NCBI GenBank assembly: GCA_024137785.1 | Contig: JAHRHZ010000095.1 | Location: 1,114,013-1,178,012, forward strand | Length of the DNA stretch: 64,000 nucleotides | Origin: Ginglymostoma cirratum | Taxonomy: Eukaryota | Direction of reading: 5' to 3' | Shown here: one piece after another, positions 1 to 13,480 of the stretch | How positions within the stretch are numbered: position 1 is the first letter of the stretch | Layout of the letters: each line of letters begins with the position of its first letter | Notes under the pieces: model-generated | What the model saw: the letters and a program-made list of their open reading frames with translations, nothing else | Databases searched by the model: none | Told to the model about the DNA's origin: nothing | Position numbers and translations under genes: made by a program

Positions 1-920
1 CCTCATTTAGACAATGTTCAGGTCCTCTATTTGTCCTGGCAAGGTGCATAACCTTACATTTCCTTAAATTTTATTCCATCCATATTTTTGTTCACTCACA
101 CAAGCTGTCTACATCCATTTGAAGACTCTATCATCCTCACTACTTGTCTTCCCACTTATTTTTGTGTCAACTTCATACTTGGAGTTTGGACATTCACTTC
201 CATCATTCAAGTCTTTAAAATATATTCAAATAATTATGGCCACAGCACTGATCCCTGTGGCAATCCACTCATTGCACATTGCTAGTCTAAAAATGCCATC
301 TTTATCCCAAATCTCTATCTTCTATTTGTTAGCTAATTCTCTATCTGTGCTAATAAAGTACACCCAAAACCAAGGCCTCTTATCTTATTAAGTAGCCTTA
401 TGTGCACTACCTTATCAAATGCCTTTTGGAAATGCAGGTATATTAAATTTTCTGCTTTCCCTTTATCTATCCTGCTTGTTAATTCCTCAAAGAATTCTGA
501 TAAATTTGCCAGGCATGATTTCCCCTTCATGAAGCCATGTTGACTGCTGGATAATGTTGAGGATTTCCAAATGTTCTGCAATTACATCCTTGATATTAGA
601 CTTTAACATTTTCCAAAGGATAGATTTTAAGCTGACTGGCTTATAGTTGCCTACTTTCTTCTTCCCTTTTTCATTAAGGGCGTTACACTGTTAGTTTTCC
701 AATCCTCTGAGACTTTTCCAGAATCTAAAGTTACTACATAGTGCATCTACTATCCTTGTAGCTGTTTACTTTAAAATCCTAGGATACAACTCATTGGGTC
801 CAGTGGGACGTATCAGCCTTTACCTTAATACGTTTTCTCTCGTGATTGTTAATGTGTTTTTTCCTCTTTCCTCCCTCTTTTAGCCTTTTGATTATTTAGT
901 ATTTTTGGAATGCTGTTAGT
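1..920 (-). mobile_element. Degenerate CR1-clade LINE fragment (RT)
   Basis: ORF 333..581(-) SQHGFMKGKSCLANLSEFFEELTSRIDKGK..IYLHFQKAFDKV matches CR1 RT motifs; stops and frameshifts around it. Confidence 0.85.
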
Positions 921-999
921 ATACTTATCAACACAAGCTAGGACTTGTCCAAGTTTTGCTGCATTTGGACCCGCACTGCTTGAGTAGTTATAAATGTAC

Positions 1000-1285
1000 G
1001 TTGTTCAATATCAAATCATTAGAAGACATCCTCATTTCTGATTTCATGAAAGAGGGAAAGACATTGATGAAGCAGCTGAAGATGGTTGGGTTTAAAAAAT
1101 TAAATTGAGGAATTCTCACACCAATGTCCTGGGGCTGAGTTAATTGGACTCCATCATTGATGCGTTTTCTTCCGATTTCCATTGACTTCAGTTTTGCTGG
1201 GTCTTTTCAATACTATTTCAATGCTTTTCTCTGAACCCACTCTTGATTTCAGCTCTTTCTTTGAGATTTGAACAAAGACTGTACT
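1000..1285 (-). mobile_element. Old fragment of the tRNA-headed LINE family (see 20676-23947)
   Basis: gagggaaagacattgatgaagcagctgaagatg closely matches 21603-21634; minus-strand IFSCFINVFPS. Confidence 0.7.
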
Positions 1286-1629
1286 GAGCAAATACCACAG
1301 AATGTTGCTAAGTCTCTCAATTCTTTAGAAGCTTGCACTATGCTATCCATTAGAGCTCTGGCATTCAGCCTGATGGAAGGTGCTATCCAAAACAGCTTGT
1401 AATGCATTTTGGTGTACCAAGTGTTTGAGTTCAGTGTTATATGGCAGATTTATCGACAACCAAATGTTTTATTCAAGCTGCTATGTAAAACACATGGTTC
1501 ATTCTGCAACCAATCTGTGCTTTGCTTACTTTGGAATTTTTGATGCCCGCAGTAAGTAAATAAAAGCAAACAAATTCTCTAATTCAGCACTGATTTCCCT
1601 AAACTTGGCTAGATCAAAATTTATCTCAA

Positions 1630-2180
1630 CTACCTATTTGCAAGAAGTATATATATTTTGGAACAAAAACGGGAGGCAGGTTATATTCTGAATGGTGATA
1701 GATTGGAAAGGGGGTGATGCAACCAGACCTGGCTGTCCTTGTATACCGGTCACTGAAAATAAGCATGTAGGCACAGCCGGCAGTGAGAAAGTCAAATGGT
1801 ATTTTGACCTTCATACTGAGAGGATTCATGTACAGGATCGGGATATCTTGCTACAATTTTACAGGGCTTTGGTGAGACTACACCTGGAGTATTTTGAGCA
1901 GTTTTGATCTCTTTATCTGAAGAATGATGTTCTGCCTTTGGAGGGAGTGCAAAAACGTTTTACCAGACTGATTCCTGGAATGCAGGACTGATGTGTGAAG
2001 ACAGACTTGATTGGTTAGGACTATATTTATGGGAGTTCAGAAGAATGATGGGAATCTTATAGAAACCTATAAAATTACAATACACTAGACAATTCACTTG
2101 CAGAAAGGATGTTTCCAATGACCAGGGAGTCCAGATGCAGAAGTCATATTCTAAGGATAAGAGATAGGCCATAGCAGACT
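1630..2180 (+). mobile_element. Degenerate CR1 LINE 3' fragment
   Basis: RDILLQFYRALVRLHLEYFEQF matches the CR1 ORF2 C-terminal motif LYxALVRPHLEY. Confidence 0.85.
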
Positions 2181-2184
2181 CAAA

Positions 2185-2255
2185 GTGATAACTCTGTTTT
2201 TCCACCCACAGAGACTGCCAGACCTGCTGAGTTAATTCAACACTCTATGTTAGCA
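2185..2255 (+). repeat. Penelope terminal-repeat fragment
   Basis: actctgtttttccacccacagagactgccagacctgctgag matches the arm at 34718-34765. Confidence 0.6.
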
Positions 2256-2624
2256 TCAGCTCGGAAGTGTTGAAGAAGACGAAGATGGCACTGCAATTCT
2301 CAAGAAGGGATCTGACGTCACCAGGTACCTGCTCTGACTTCCATGTTGAAAATTCTTGGCATTCAGTTTGTTTTGCACTTTATTGATCCTTTCCTGTTCA
2401 AGATTAAAAACTAAGTCAGGGGCATTATCTATATTGCTCTGGATTTAGACTACTGGCAAGATGGATTGTCAGCATCGATAGCACTGCTTGTTATTTGGGA
2501 TTCAGCATTTGAAAATCAGATCTGGTTCTGTGCCTGATTTGCAAGAGTAAACAATTGGGCCTGGGGTTAGTCTGCAAAGAGCAGGATTGTGCAGCTACGT
2601 TGTAATTTTGAATCGGAGTATTGA

Positions 2625-2890
2625 AACATTAGTAGACCATTCAGCCCCTTAAGTCTGTTTCACCATTCAATACAACCATGGCTGATCATCCACTTCATTG
2701 CTATATTTCCACACTATCCCCTTATTGCCCTACAGTATTTGTATTTCGAAATCTGTCAACCTCTACTTTAAACATTCTCAATGACTGAGCTTTCACAGCC
2801 TCTGTGATGGAGGATTCCAAAGATTCATAATTCTTTGTCTGAAGAAATTCTCATCTAAGTTCTAAATGGCTTCTCCCTTATTTTGAAAAT
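2625..2890 (-). mobile_element. CR1 3'-end fragment
   Basis: gaccattcagcccc...attccaaagattc pattern is the reverse complement of CR1 3' UTR/ORF end seen at 14800-15060. Confidence 0.65.
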
Positions 2891-3877
2891 CTCAGCCTAG
2901 TTCACTGTCAAAGTATGTCTCAATGGTACACAGCAGAAAGGACATATCATATATATTAGTTTAGTTTAGACCTGTATGCAAAACACAGTGGATGGAACTT
3001 TCCCCCTGCCTGGAGTGGTGAGAGCAATGACAAGTCTGGTGACAAAAAGAAGAAAATGATAAAAGTAGACTCACAACATCAAGAAAGCTTTCCTGCTGTT
3101 CCCCACAGGATTTAAGTGGCGACTCGAGAATCTAACCCTTGAATGGTGACGAGCTTATTTCCATATATTTGCATCTCACTAAAGGCCCAACCTACCTATT
3201 TACAACCCAGTTCCAATTTTCCTTCCCTCCACTTAGAAACTAGACTGTGAATATTCTTGACATATAAAATAGAACTGACAACTGTAGATCACCAAATATC
3301 TGTCCTGACCATCAAGTGACTGCTTCTTTTACGCAACACCTCTGCATAGTCCATGACCAACATCATCCTTCATCCACTCAATTCAGATCAGCAAACCACC
3401 ACCCTCAGCACATCATCATATCTGCTCTTGAGCCGACTCAGCCACCATTTTAGGTTTTTGACACCTTACTGTTGAGCTGATGAACTCCTACAATTGGCAT
3501 GCTTCTGCCAGATTGTTTTGCGAGCAGGGACAGCCATGCATCTGTGTAGGATGCTTTTGTGCTGACATGGATACACGTTTCTCAGGCCTCTTAATTTGCT
3601 TTCTTTGCAGTCTTCACTTTAGTTTACAGCCTCTGCACACCTCACATTGCTTTCTTCAGTCAAGGTGCTCACACAATTACTCTTGGTGAGGTGGGGTGCA
3701 TTGGCCACAGTTTGTTATCTAGGTCAAGAGCAAGCAGCCCAGTGATTACTGCTCGATTGGGTACAGAGCTGTTGGGACATTAGTCTGGGGACTGGGCCAG
3801 GGGAAGTTTTTCTTGCAATGAGACAAAGATTGAGATTCAATATGATGGAAATGGATGCAAAAGCAGTTACTAATCAT

Positions 3878-4037
3878 AAATAAAAACAGAAATTGCTGGA
3901 AAAACTCAGCAGGCCTGGCAGCATCTGTGGACAGAAAGCAGAGTTAATCTTTTGGGTCGATTGCCCTTCTTCAGAATAGTTCTATTTCTATTTTTACTTC
4001 TCATTTCTAGCATCTGCAGTTATTTTGGTTTTTGTTT
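3878..4037 (-). mobile_element. Penelope-derived mini-element with decayed hammerhead motif
   Basis: Minus strand TTCTGAAGAAGGGCAATCGACCCAAAAGATTAACTC; TSD CAGTTACT(A/G)ATCAT at 3864-3877 and 4038-4051. Confidence 0.75.
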
Positions 4038-4269
4038 CAGTTACTGATCATGCCTGAGCAGTAGAGTTAGTGATATATCCACAGTGAGTAAGTAGGAAGC
4101 AGAGGCAGCATGAAGGATTAATAGTTTGAGAGGATGAGGTGAGTGTGAGCCCTAGAGTTGATTTGATGTATGCAATACTGACAATTACAATCCATGAGCT
4201 TTCATGTGAACTGTCTGCAATGTCAGAGTTAGAATATTACCCCAGTGATGTAGCAGAGGGAAGATGGTG

Positions 4270-4460
4270 GCATCACCATTGTGGAATCCAGAAAATTACT
4301 GATCTTTTTTGGCAGAATAGCTGAGCATCCCTCTTCACTCAGCACACAGCATTAACCATGCTGAAAGTTCTGTCCAGGCTGGCTGGATCTGTTGGTATGG
4401 CCTCCTTTGAAGATTAGAAGGGGAAAAAAGGACTACTCCTGTCTACCTGCCATACAATCC
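4270..4460 (-). mobile_element. Harbinger-associated Myb/SANT ORF remnant
   Basis: Minus-strand translation with frameshift QPAWTELS..VNAVC*VKRDAQLFCQK resembles the Myb/SANT motif W...VNA...R...QCRKK. Confidence 0.45.
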
Positions 4461-4954
4461 CCTTAGTTAGCTCACACACTCACCTTTCCTCAGTGACTAT
4501 GAAAATGGGTTTGGCAGCTTTTAACTCCTTAAATATGGCAGCAAGAGTATTAAAATAATGTGTCTAGGTCTGCAATGCTAATCCCTAGTTTCTTCGGATG
4601 GGTACTTTCAGGACTGTCCAGACTCAGAACCTTGAGCAGAAAATAACCAACAGTCATGTATAATTTTATCGAAGGTTACTGGTAGTTGAATATGTTCTAA
4701 CAACAATCAGAATGTCTGTGCCAAAAGATATAATAACAGACCCCTGGAGCTTGCATCGTAGATCAAGTAGATCACAGTTTACACCTACATACCTTAATGT
4801 CTTTAATTTAGTTGGTACAAAACCAAATGATTTTTGCCTTGGACATATTCAATGGTTGAGCTATTACAATCCTCAGTGATAGAGAATTCTAAAGATTCAC
4901 CACTCTTTGAGTGAGCAAATTCCACACCATCTCAGGTGAGCCTAACTTCCATGG

Positions 4955-6222
4955 TTGAAAAGGCAAGAACTGATTACGGTAGTCAACATGGCTTTGTGCA
5001 TAGGAAATCATGCCTGACGAACTTGACTGAAATTTTTAAAGAAGTGACAAAGAAGATTGATGAAGGCAGTGTGGTGAACATTGTCTATATGGACTTCATC
5101 AAGGTGTTCAATAAGGTTCTGCATGGTAGACTGGTTAGCAAGGTTATATCACATTGAATACAGGGAGAGCTAACTATTTAGATACAGAATTGGCTTGAAG
5201 GTAGGAGACAGAGGGTGGTGGTAGAGAGTTGTATTTTGAACTGCAGGCCTATGATCAGCAGTGCGCCACAATGGTTGGTGCTGTGTTCACTGCTTTTTTT
5301 CATTTATATAAATAATTTGGATATGAATATAGAAGGAATTGTCAGTTGGTTTGCAGATGACACCAGAATTTATAGTGTATTAGTCAGTGAGGAAGGCTAT
5401 CTCAGAGTACAACGGGACCTTGATCAGATGGGCTGATGGGCTGAGAAGTGGCAGATGGAGTATAATTTAGATAAATGTGAGTTGTTGCATTTTGGTAAGG
5501 TAAATCAGGGCAGGATGTATACACTTAATGGTAGGGTCCCAGGGAGTGTTGCCAAACAAAGAGACCTTGGGTGCGGGGTCATATTTCCTTAAATGTGGAG
5601 TCACAGTTAGACTGGATAGTGAAGAAGGCGTTTGGTACACTTGCCTTCATTGGTCAGTGCATTAAGTATAGGAGTTGGGATGGCATGTTGCAGCCGTATA
5701 AGACATTGGTTAGGCCACTTTTGGAATACTGAAATCAATTCTAGTCTCCCTGCTATAGCAAAGATGCTGTTAAACTTGAAAGGGTTCAGAAAAGATTTAC
5801 AAGGATGTTGCCAGGATTGACGAGTTTGAGCTATAGGGAGAGGCTGAATAGGGTGGGGGTGACTTTATAGAAACTTATAAAATCATGAGGGGCGTGGATA
5901 GGGTGAACAGTCAAGGTTTTTTTCCCCAGGATATGGGAGTCCAAAACTATAGAGGACATAGGTTTCAGGTGAGAGGGGAAAGATATAAAAGGGACCTAAG
6001 GGGCAACTTTTTCACGCAGAGGGTGGTCCATGCATGGTATGAGTTATCAGAGGTATTGGTGCAGGCTGGTACAATTACAACATTTAAAAGGCATCCGGAT
6101 CGGTATTTGAATAGGAAGGGTTTAGACGGGTATGGGCCAAATGCTGTAAATTAATTTAGGATATCTGGTTGGACGAGTTGGACTGAGGGGTTTGTTTCTG
6201 TGCTATACAATTCTATGGCTCT
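4955..6222 (+). mobile_element. 5'-truncated CR1/HER1-type LINE inserted into an older minus-strand CR1 fragment (4790-4935 and 6221-6310)
   Basis: ORFs SQHGFVHRKSCLTNL..YMDFIKVFNKV, WFADDTRI, RGNFFTQRVV; ends in a ttctatg-like tail. Confidence 0.92.
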
Positions 6223-8319
6223 AAATGGCCTGCCCCTTATTGTAAGACTGTATCTTCTGATTCTAGGCCCTTGACCAGTGGAAACATTTTTCCTGCTTCT
6301 ATTTTATGGAAGTGACTGGTGATATTGAACATGACACTCTATCTGAAGCAAGCCTGCTCCTTGTAACAGTCTGACTTTGGAAAACTGGCATGGGATTAAA
6401 ATGACCTATGGGCACAATCTGTGTTAATTTTATCTTTGAAAAAGAAAGTTGGCTTCACTTGATTAAAGTCCAGGCAATAGCAGAATGTGCCTAAGCTTTG
6501 TCCTTAAGTGATAGCTGTTGCATATTGCATTTAGAATAAGGTTGTGTCTCAATATGAACTTGGTGCAATGACAATGCAAGACTAATATTGCAGTGATGGT
6601 TATCAAATACAAGGACTAAGATAGTGACGAAATAAATTTGGGTCTGAGACCTTGATCTGAAACATTGGTTTTCGATCTGGAGCTTGACCAATGACATTGT
6701 AATGTTTGTCATGATATATTGTGGTTCATTTTACTCTACTTGGCAGGTTCAAAGGAGACAGGTTATTCATGATGCCAGGGAAACTCAGCTGGAAATATTT
6801 CCACATTTTAAGCCAAGTGCAGAAAACAAACAGGTTTGAATTAGGTTTCTCAGAGAAACGCCATGTACAAAAAAAGATATAAACTTGTTCCTTGGGGAGA
6901 ACACTGGGATGCAGACATCTGTAAGAGAAACTGATGCTGTGTGCCAGTGAGGATTAATATGTGCCAGCATCAGAAACCATAACTATATCAACACTGGGAA
7001 ATATCCCTCCTTAATATGCATCACTTATTAGCTACTAAACCAGTTAAGGCTGAGTAGGATTTCTCAGACAAGCTCAGGCCATTAATCAACACTAATGACC
7101 TCATTGAGACTCCTGATGCCATTAGCTAATGAAGTTAAAATGATTTTTATGCCGTGACCTCCAACAATAATCTGTTGTTCATTTACACCTCTATAGAATC
7201 AATATACCAAGTTGTGCACCAATGAAATTGTGATGCCAATCCTTTAAAAGAAGTTGTACATTTCCAGCTTAAAGTCAGTGCAATTATTCATAAAGCCAAA
7301 AAATGCAAAAATTCATAGATTTCTATAATTGTTTGTTCATCGTCCATTTTGCAGAACTGCCTTGAATAAGAGCAGTAAGTGCATTTTGATTACAAGCTGT
7401 GGAGGAAGTGCCTGTTACATTGTCAAAGCGCTGAAAAATTGCTGTGTTGTGCCTACGCCTGAAACAAGAGAACTAACATATTTGGGGTCCCTGCTGAAAG
7501 ATTCGTTGGCCCTGAGGAATACCATGTCTCTATGTGATAAGCTTTTTTTAAAAGAGGCTACTGCAGATTGTAACCAACAAAGGAGACTTTTTAAAAATGC
7601 TTAATGATATGTGGAGGAACAGAATCTGACCACTGACATAATGTTTCCATGAGACCAAGAAACAACCAAAAAAACTAATATTGCTGTTTGCACTTTCACC
7701 CAGTCAAAAAGACTTCACACTCAGCTGGTTCAGTTTGTAATTCAACCAATGCTAAATTCTTCTTTTGACTTGCTGCACTGGTCATTTTTGTCACCCTGAA
7801 TAATATCTCAGTTGGTACAATTGATCAGAACATAGTTGCATTCGACTGGGCTTTGGTTCTTTGAAAGAAATGTAAAGCATAAACAAAATTCGGCTAAATG
7901 ATCGTCCTAGTGTGAAGGCAGAATGTTATTACCTCTGACTAGCAATATATACAATAAAAAGGCTTTGCTTTGATTCAAATCAAAACATCAGTGTCATAGA
8001 GTGCAAAATCTCATCCAAGCAGTTAAGCATTGGCATGAATTCACAATTCCCCAGCTTATTGGAATGTTAGCCAGAAAGAACTTTCACTAATGATGCAGAT
8101 ATGTAATAGAAAGAATAAGAAACCTATCTCCAAATCAAACTGTAAAATTAAAAGACATTGTGTTTTAAATTGATTGCCCCTGAAATTGGGGACATGGGTT
8201 ATAATGCACAAATAATCTGTGCCCATGAAATAGAATACAGACTGTGTGTCAACATCATGCTGTTTGCTATTTATAATAATTTTGCGTGTAACCAGTGCTT
8301 CCTGCACTGTCTATTTTTA

Positions 8320-8630
8320 AAATTTGTTCATGGGATTTGGGTCTCACTGGCTAGGTGTTGCATTGATTACCCTGCCCTAAGTGGCTTTGAAACATTTGTT
8401 GTGACCTTTCTTGAGCCACTGCAATCAACTTGGTGTAGGTACATTCACAGTGCTGTTAGGAAGGGAATTCTAGGATTTCAAGCTAACTACAGTGAAGGAA
8501 TGACAATATAGCTCCAGGTCAGGATGATGAGTGTCTTGGGGGAGAACAATTAGGTGGCTTTGTTCCCAAGCATCTGCTGCCCTTGTCCTTCTTGGTGGTA
8601 GTAGCCATGAGTTTGGAAAGTGCTGTCAAA
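8320..8630 (-). mobile_element. 3' fragment of the tRNA-headed LINE family
   Basis: Aligns by eye to 20690-21000 (gggaattc.aggattt, acagtgaaggaa, tttggaa.gtgctgtc). Confidence 0.7.
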
Positions 8631-8655
8631 GGAGAGGAAACAATCTCACAGTGTC

Positions 8656-8758
8656 AGAGATAGTAGGAATTTCTAAAGAAGGGTCTCGACCCGAAACGTC
8701 AGCTTTCCTGCTCCTCCTCTGGCCTGCTGTGCTTATCCAGCTCCACACCTTGTTATCT
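8656..8758 (+). mobile_element. Penelope-derived mini-element with hammerhead motif
   Basis: CTAAAGA-A-GGGTCTCGACCC-GAAACGTC at 8673-8700; perfect 15-bp TSD CAATCTCACAGTGTC at 8641-8655 and 8759-8773. Confidence 0.85.
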
Positions 8759-8773
8759 CAATCTCACAGTGTC

Positions 8774-9120
8774 TACCACATTATACTTCAAAATATTGTA
8801 CAATTGTCTCCCCTTCTCCTAAATTCCAGTGAATATAGGCTGAATTTACTCAGTGTTTCATCATGGGACAAGCCACCTTATCCCAGAGACCAATTTAGCG
8901 AACCTTTATTGTACAATGTCCAATTCAAGTAGATCCTTTTGTAAATCTGGAAACCAATATTGCATTCTGCTGATGTGATCTCAACAAAGCTTGGTATAAT
9001 TGTTGGAAGACTTATTTATTCTTGTATTCCAATCCCCTTGCAATAAATGGCAACATGTCATTTGCCAACCAAATTGCTTTCTGCACACTCAGGTTAACTT
9101 TCTGCTTTCCTTTTAGGAAG
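8774..9120 (-). mobile_element. Degenerate CR1 fragment
   Basis: cttctcctaaattccagtgaatataggc...ccccttgcaataaa is the reverse complement of CR1 C-terminal coding sequence. Confidence 0.65.
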
Positions 9121-9249
9121 CCTCCTGGAACATAATACAGAGATTTCACACCTTTTACCTTTGCACTACAGTTTCACAACAATTAAAAAAAAGTCTTTCT
9201 TACAATACACCATCTCACTTCCAAAACTGAAAGAAGAGATCTTTTTGAA

Positions 9250-10850
9250 TTTCAGACTGCATAAATGAACAAATTCCTGAAGAAAGTGTTTTCCATGTTT
9301 TCCCAGTTTGGACAGCTGCTGGGCCTCAATTGGACTGGCCACCTCTGCAATAGAACCAGCAAGGATGAGTATACTCATCTGCAGGGTTACCAACAACTTT
9401 ATCTTGCAGAGAGAAAAATTGCCAAGAATGGAAACTGGGGAAGGAATCCCATAATTATGTCCTGCATGCCATTTTTAAAAGGCTCCAAAGTTCACACATT
9501 GGCCACTATTCAACCATAATAGCCACATCAATCAAATGATTGCACAACACTCACTCATGGTGTTCTTTCTCTCCTGCAGTTCAAGGTGGCAGACAACTGA
9601 AAGCAGAATGAGTTAGGTCTTCTGCATGTTTTAAGCTCCAGGAAGGAGCTCCTTGTCTCATGCTGAGAGTCCATCTCCCTTTCCTCCATCTTCTAGTGAC
9701 TTGTCCTGCTTTGCCTAACTTGGTGAAAAACCAAGCCACAGTGCAAAGGCAGGAGAAATAGTTAGGAAAGGATGTGAAAAGCCAGAATTCAGTCATATGT
9801 GCCTATAGTCAGTATTGGAAGAAGAATGATGATCTGACAAAAGCAGTCAAGATCAACAAATCCATCCAAAAATTCCAAATTCTATCATATGCTTTATTAG
9901 ACTTAGATGCTGTTCAATTCATCACTCGCCCACAAACAATCGCTGTCAATCAGGCACCATATCTAATATTCATAGCATCTCCTCATTTTTGCATGCCTAA
10001 CATTACCGCAAACCTCAAACACACATGTTACAGCTTTCACACATTGGCCACTTTTCAAACATGGTAGCCACATCACCCAAATGATTGCACTCACTGATGG
10101 TGTTCTCCCTGTCTTGCAAGAGAAGGTAGCGGACAGCTGAAAGCAGTATGAGAGAAGCCTTCCTACATGTTTTAAGGCCCACAAAGGAGTCTTTTGCTGC
10201 AAACCCATCTCCCCCTCCTCCACCTTCTCGTGAATTGGCCTGTTTGCATGACCACTGCTCATTACTCGAATCAGGCTCAATAATAAAATGAACCCAGTGT
10301 AACAAATATTTTTGAAGAACCCATTTGTGCACAAGTCTTTAAGTCACCAAACAAAAAGAAATTACTTTAGTATCAGTCAGATCACTTTTGTAGATCAGAG
10401 AAACCTGTAACAAGTGTTCAGAAGCAGCCAAAATGTGCAGAAAGGCCAGGAGAAATAATTCAGCACTCAATGATATCTTGAAATGGTACAGGTGGCACTG
10501 CTTTATGGCGTTGAACATGTGCTCAGTTAGGCTCAGTGACATCAAATCAGTGGTTGACATCATGTTCTTTCATTTCCATATACATCCAGCAGAAATTGGT
10601 GCATCCACAATGACTCCCTTATGAACTGCTAATTTGGTCACTGGCGGACTTCAAAAACTCAAGTGCCTATCCATGCCATGAGTGCCAATTTGAAATCTCA
10701 AGGGCTGCTCCTGAGCCAAATTTGCCTCTGTCATCTGATTACTGCCAGCAAGTCTGGTATAATGAATAAAATGTGTCACACTGAGACAGGTTCCAAGGTT
10801 GAATGGAAGATGTATCCAAAACCAACTCAACTTCACTCTGTTTACTGTTA
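9250..10850 (+). mobile_element. Harbinger Myb/SANT ORF fossil with internal duplication
   Basis: ORF 9774 KSQNSVICAYSQYWKKNDDLTKAVK resembles RTWxQCRKKFNDLTRxVK; 9490-9715 is repeated at 10035-10250. Confidence 0.45.
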
Positions 10851-11889
10851 GTCAAAATTAGAATCACGTCATTTATTTATTAAGCTTTTAAACAGTCGAT
10901 TTTACAAGGCTCCCATTGTAGTACAGAGGTTTAATGTTGATTAATTTTTTTCATGTACAAGAGGGAGAATTGAATTATTCTTACTGACCTCTTGTCTGCA
11001 ACAAATGTGGTTTTAATTTTCTTTTCCCATTTAAAATCAGGTGGCAGTGTGTTACCTCAAACCCTGTTTGAGAAATCAAAATAAAAAATGACCTACAGCA
11101 AATTGTTTAGTGTTAAAATAAAGTCAGGCTTGTGTAATCAAAGCCCAGGGGAATGATTCCTGAGACACATTTATATACACAAACACACCAAAGAAGAAAC
11201 AGAAAACAGAAAGGAAAGAATTAATAAGTTACAACCTACTTAAAATGAAAGAAATCAGAATGAATTCATGTGAATTTGAGAACCCAATAAGTCAATGTCC
11301 AATTGAAATCTTCACTGTGAGCAGAATTCTCTTTTGCAGAAGCTTAGACACAGTTGAACTATTGGTGAAGGTGTTATTGTAGTATTCAGGGAAATGGTTC
11401 ACTTGCACATGTTCAATGTTGTAAAGAAAAACAACCTGCGCTATTTTAAGGTATCATTGACTACTTAGAGTTTAATTGCTGGATTATTTCTCTTAACTTT
11501 TCGGCATACTTTGGACGCTTTTTGATACTTATGAGAAGTTTCAGCAATCAAGAAAAGTGATCTGACTGATGATAAAGTTGTTTTTTATTTGGTTACTTAA
11601 AGGCTTATGGACAAATGAGTTGCTTCCAAATATAAGTGGCCTTGTAGGGTTGCTTTTTATATTGAACATAACTGTCATAAAGAGGTCATGCAGTGAAGGA
11701 GGAGTTGCTAGAAGTTGGAAAAGAACGAGATGGACTCTTAGAGAAACACAGGTTTCTATCCACAAATCAAATTTTTAAAGGGATATAGAGATCAGAGCAG
11801 TGGTTTTAGCTAAGATTGGAGCTGTTACATCTTCACGTGTTCCAAATAGACTAACAAACAAAAATCAAATGTGGATAATCAAAGATGAA

Positions 11890-12040
11890 CTTCCTAACTA
11901 ATGGCACTGTGGATGCACCTACAGCAAATGGACTGCAGTGGTTCAAGAAAGTAGTTCATCACCACCTTCTCAAGGCAATGAGAGAATAGATGATCAATGC
12001 TTACTGAGCCAGCAACACCCACATCCCATAAATCAACAAA
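11890..12040 (+). mobile_element. 3' tail fragment of the tRNA-headed LINE/SINE family
   Basis: ggactgcagtggttcaagaa..caccaccttctcaaggcaa..gccagcaacacccacatccca matches the reverse complement of 20690-20800. Confidence 0.7.
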
Positions 12041-12839
12041 AAACTCAAACAAAACTGCAGTTTCAGGATTGTGGCTGGTGCTTCAGGTTGAGAAAGTCAG
12101 CTATCAAAATGGGTTTTGATGTCAGCTTATCAGAAACCATTGTGTTTTATAGCAGATAACTCATGTTATTTGCAACAAGTCAATCAGTAATGGCTTTTGA
12201 TGGTCTTCCCTGTTTAATACTTGCTAAGATAATCATCTCATCCACAAGTGCTTTGCACTGACTTGTGTGGAATGTTCATACAATGCAAATACTGTCACAT
12301 TCCAGGAAGTGTTGAATTCAGGTTTGGCTTGCAAAATGCTGGAAATTTCTGGAACCAATCAATCTGTTAATTATGTGTTCATTGGTAACCATTTTGAAAT
12401 TTGGCAAGAGCCCATTTTAAAAAAAGGAAATTTAAACAAGATAATACAATAATCAATTTAGAATTTTTCTCTTCCAGCTGTCTGGGCATAATAATGTAAA
12501 TATTTGTATGCTTGACTCATGGATTTAAAAATTGGTTCAATTCCATTCTCAAATGTGAGAGCAGTGATTTGCAGTCAACTTGCTCCCAATCTCATTGAGG
12601 CAGACACAATGAAAACGTCATGATGCCTCTTAATCGCTATGGTTATATCCTTCAACAAAATGTGATCCTTACTCCTGGTGAGCCAAATGCTCAACCAGGA
12701 CTCTGCAGCATGCATACTTAGACTATGTCCCAGCCAGCATCCTGAAGCAAACCTTCTGCTCTTAAAGGGCAGTGTTACTGATCGTAAGCAAGCTGCAATT
12801 GAACATTTCTCTAGGAATTGGAACTAAGGAGAATCATTA

Positions 12840-13480
12840 AAAATGGAGCAATAGGAAAGAGAAAGGGTTCCTAGGTTCTTGCATGGGATGCTGGTGTCCT
12901 TGGTCCAGGAAATCAGCAGATCAACGGAAGGCACATTTCTATGGGGCTGAGGAGGTCCTCAAGGAAGCGCCTCAGAATAAATTGGGACAGGTGATCAGGG
13001 AGGTTAATTCTCAGAGTTTGACTCCCAGGACCTGGTGACAAGAGTGTAATAACTTTATATGACATCACCTACCAACACAGCAGCAGCAGACTCACACTAT
13101 TCAATGCGGCACATTTTCAACACCTACCCATTATCAATATCTGCCATCTAGAAGCCAGACCTAAGATTTAGACATGTCAGACTCTCACAAATTATCATAA
13201 TGCTTTCACATACCTTGATGTAATCACCTTTGTCTGGCACATGATCCAAGTACAGTGCCACACAACTACAGATACTTTTATCCTTCTTTTGCAGAACAAC
13301 ATTATCCATAATGCGAGGTAGTAAAGCAGAACCAATGGGGAAGATGCACACCTGCATCTCTTAAGCCCTGTGGAAAAGACTATTGTGTGCAACATGGTTC
13401 TCTCCATCGTGGGACCTGCTGGGAAAGAACCCCTAGTATCTACCATCACTGAGATGATGGAGGATGATGATGTTATTTCT
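12840..13480 (+). mobile_element. Harbinger Myb/SANT ORF remnant
   Basis: RVPRFLHGMLVSLVQEI..QVIREVNSQSLTPRTW resembles the Myb/SANT-like N-terminus of Harbinger ORF1. Confidence 0.55.

Noticed and set aside
6785-6970. Possible exon after a tttctcttacag acceptor near 6920 (minus strand)
   Set aside because: No good donor, early stop and no recognisable homology.
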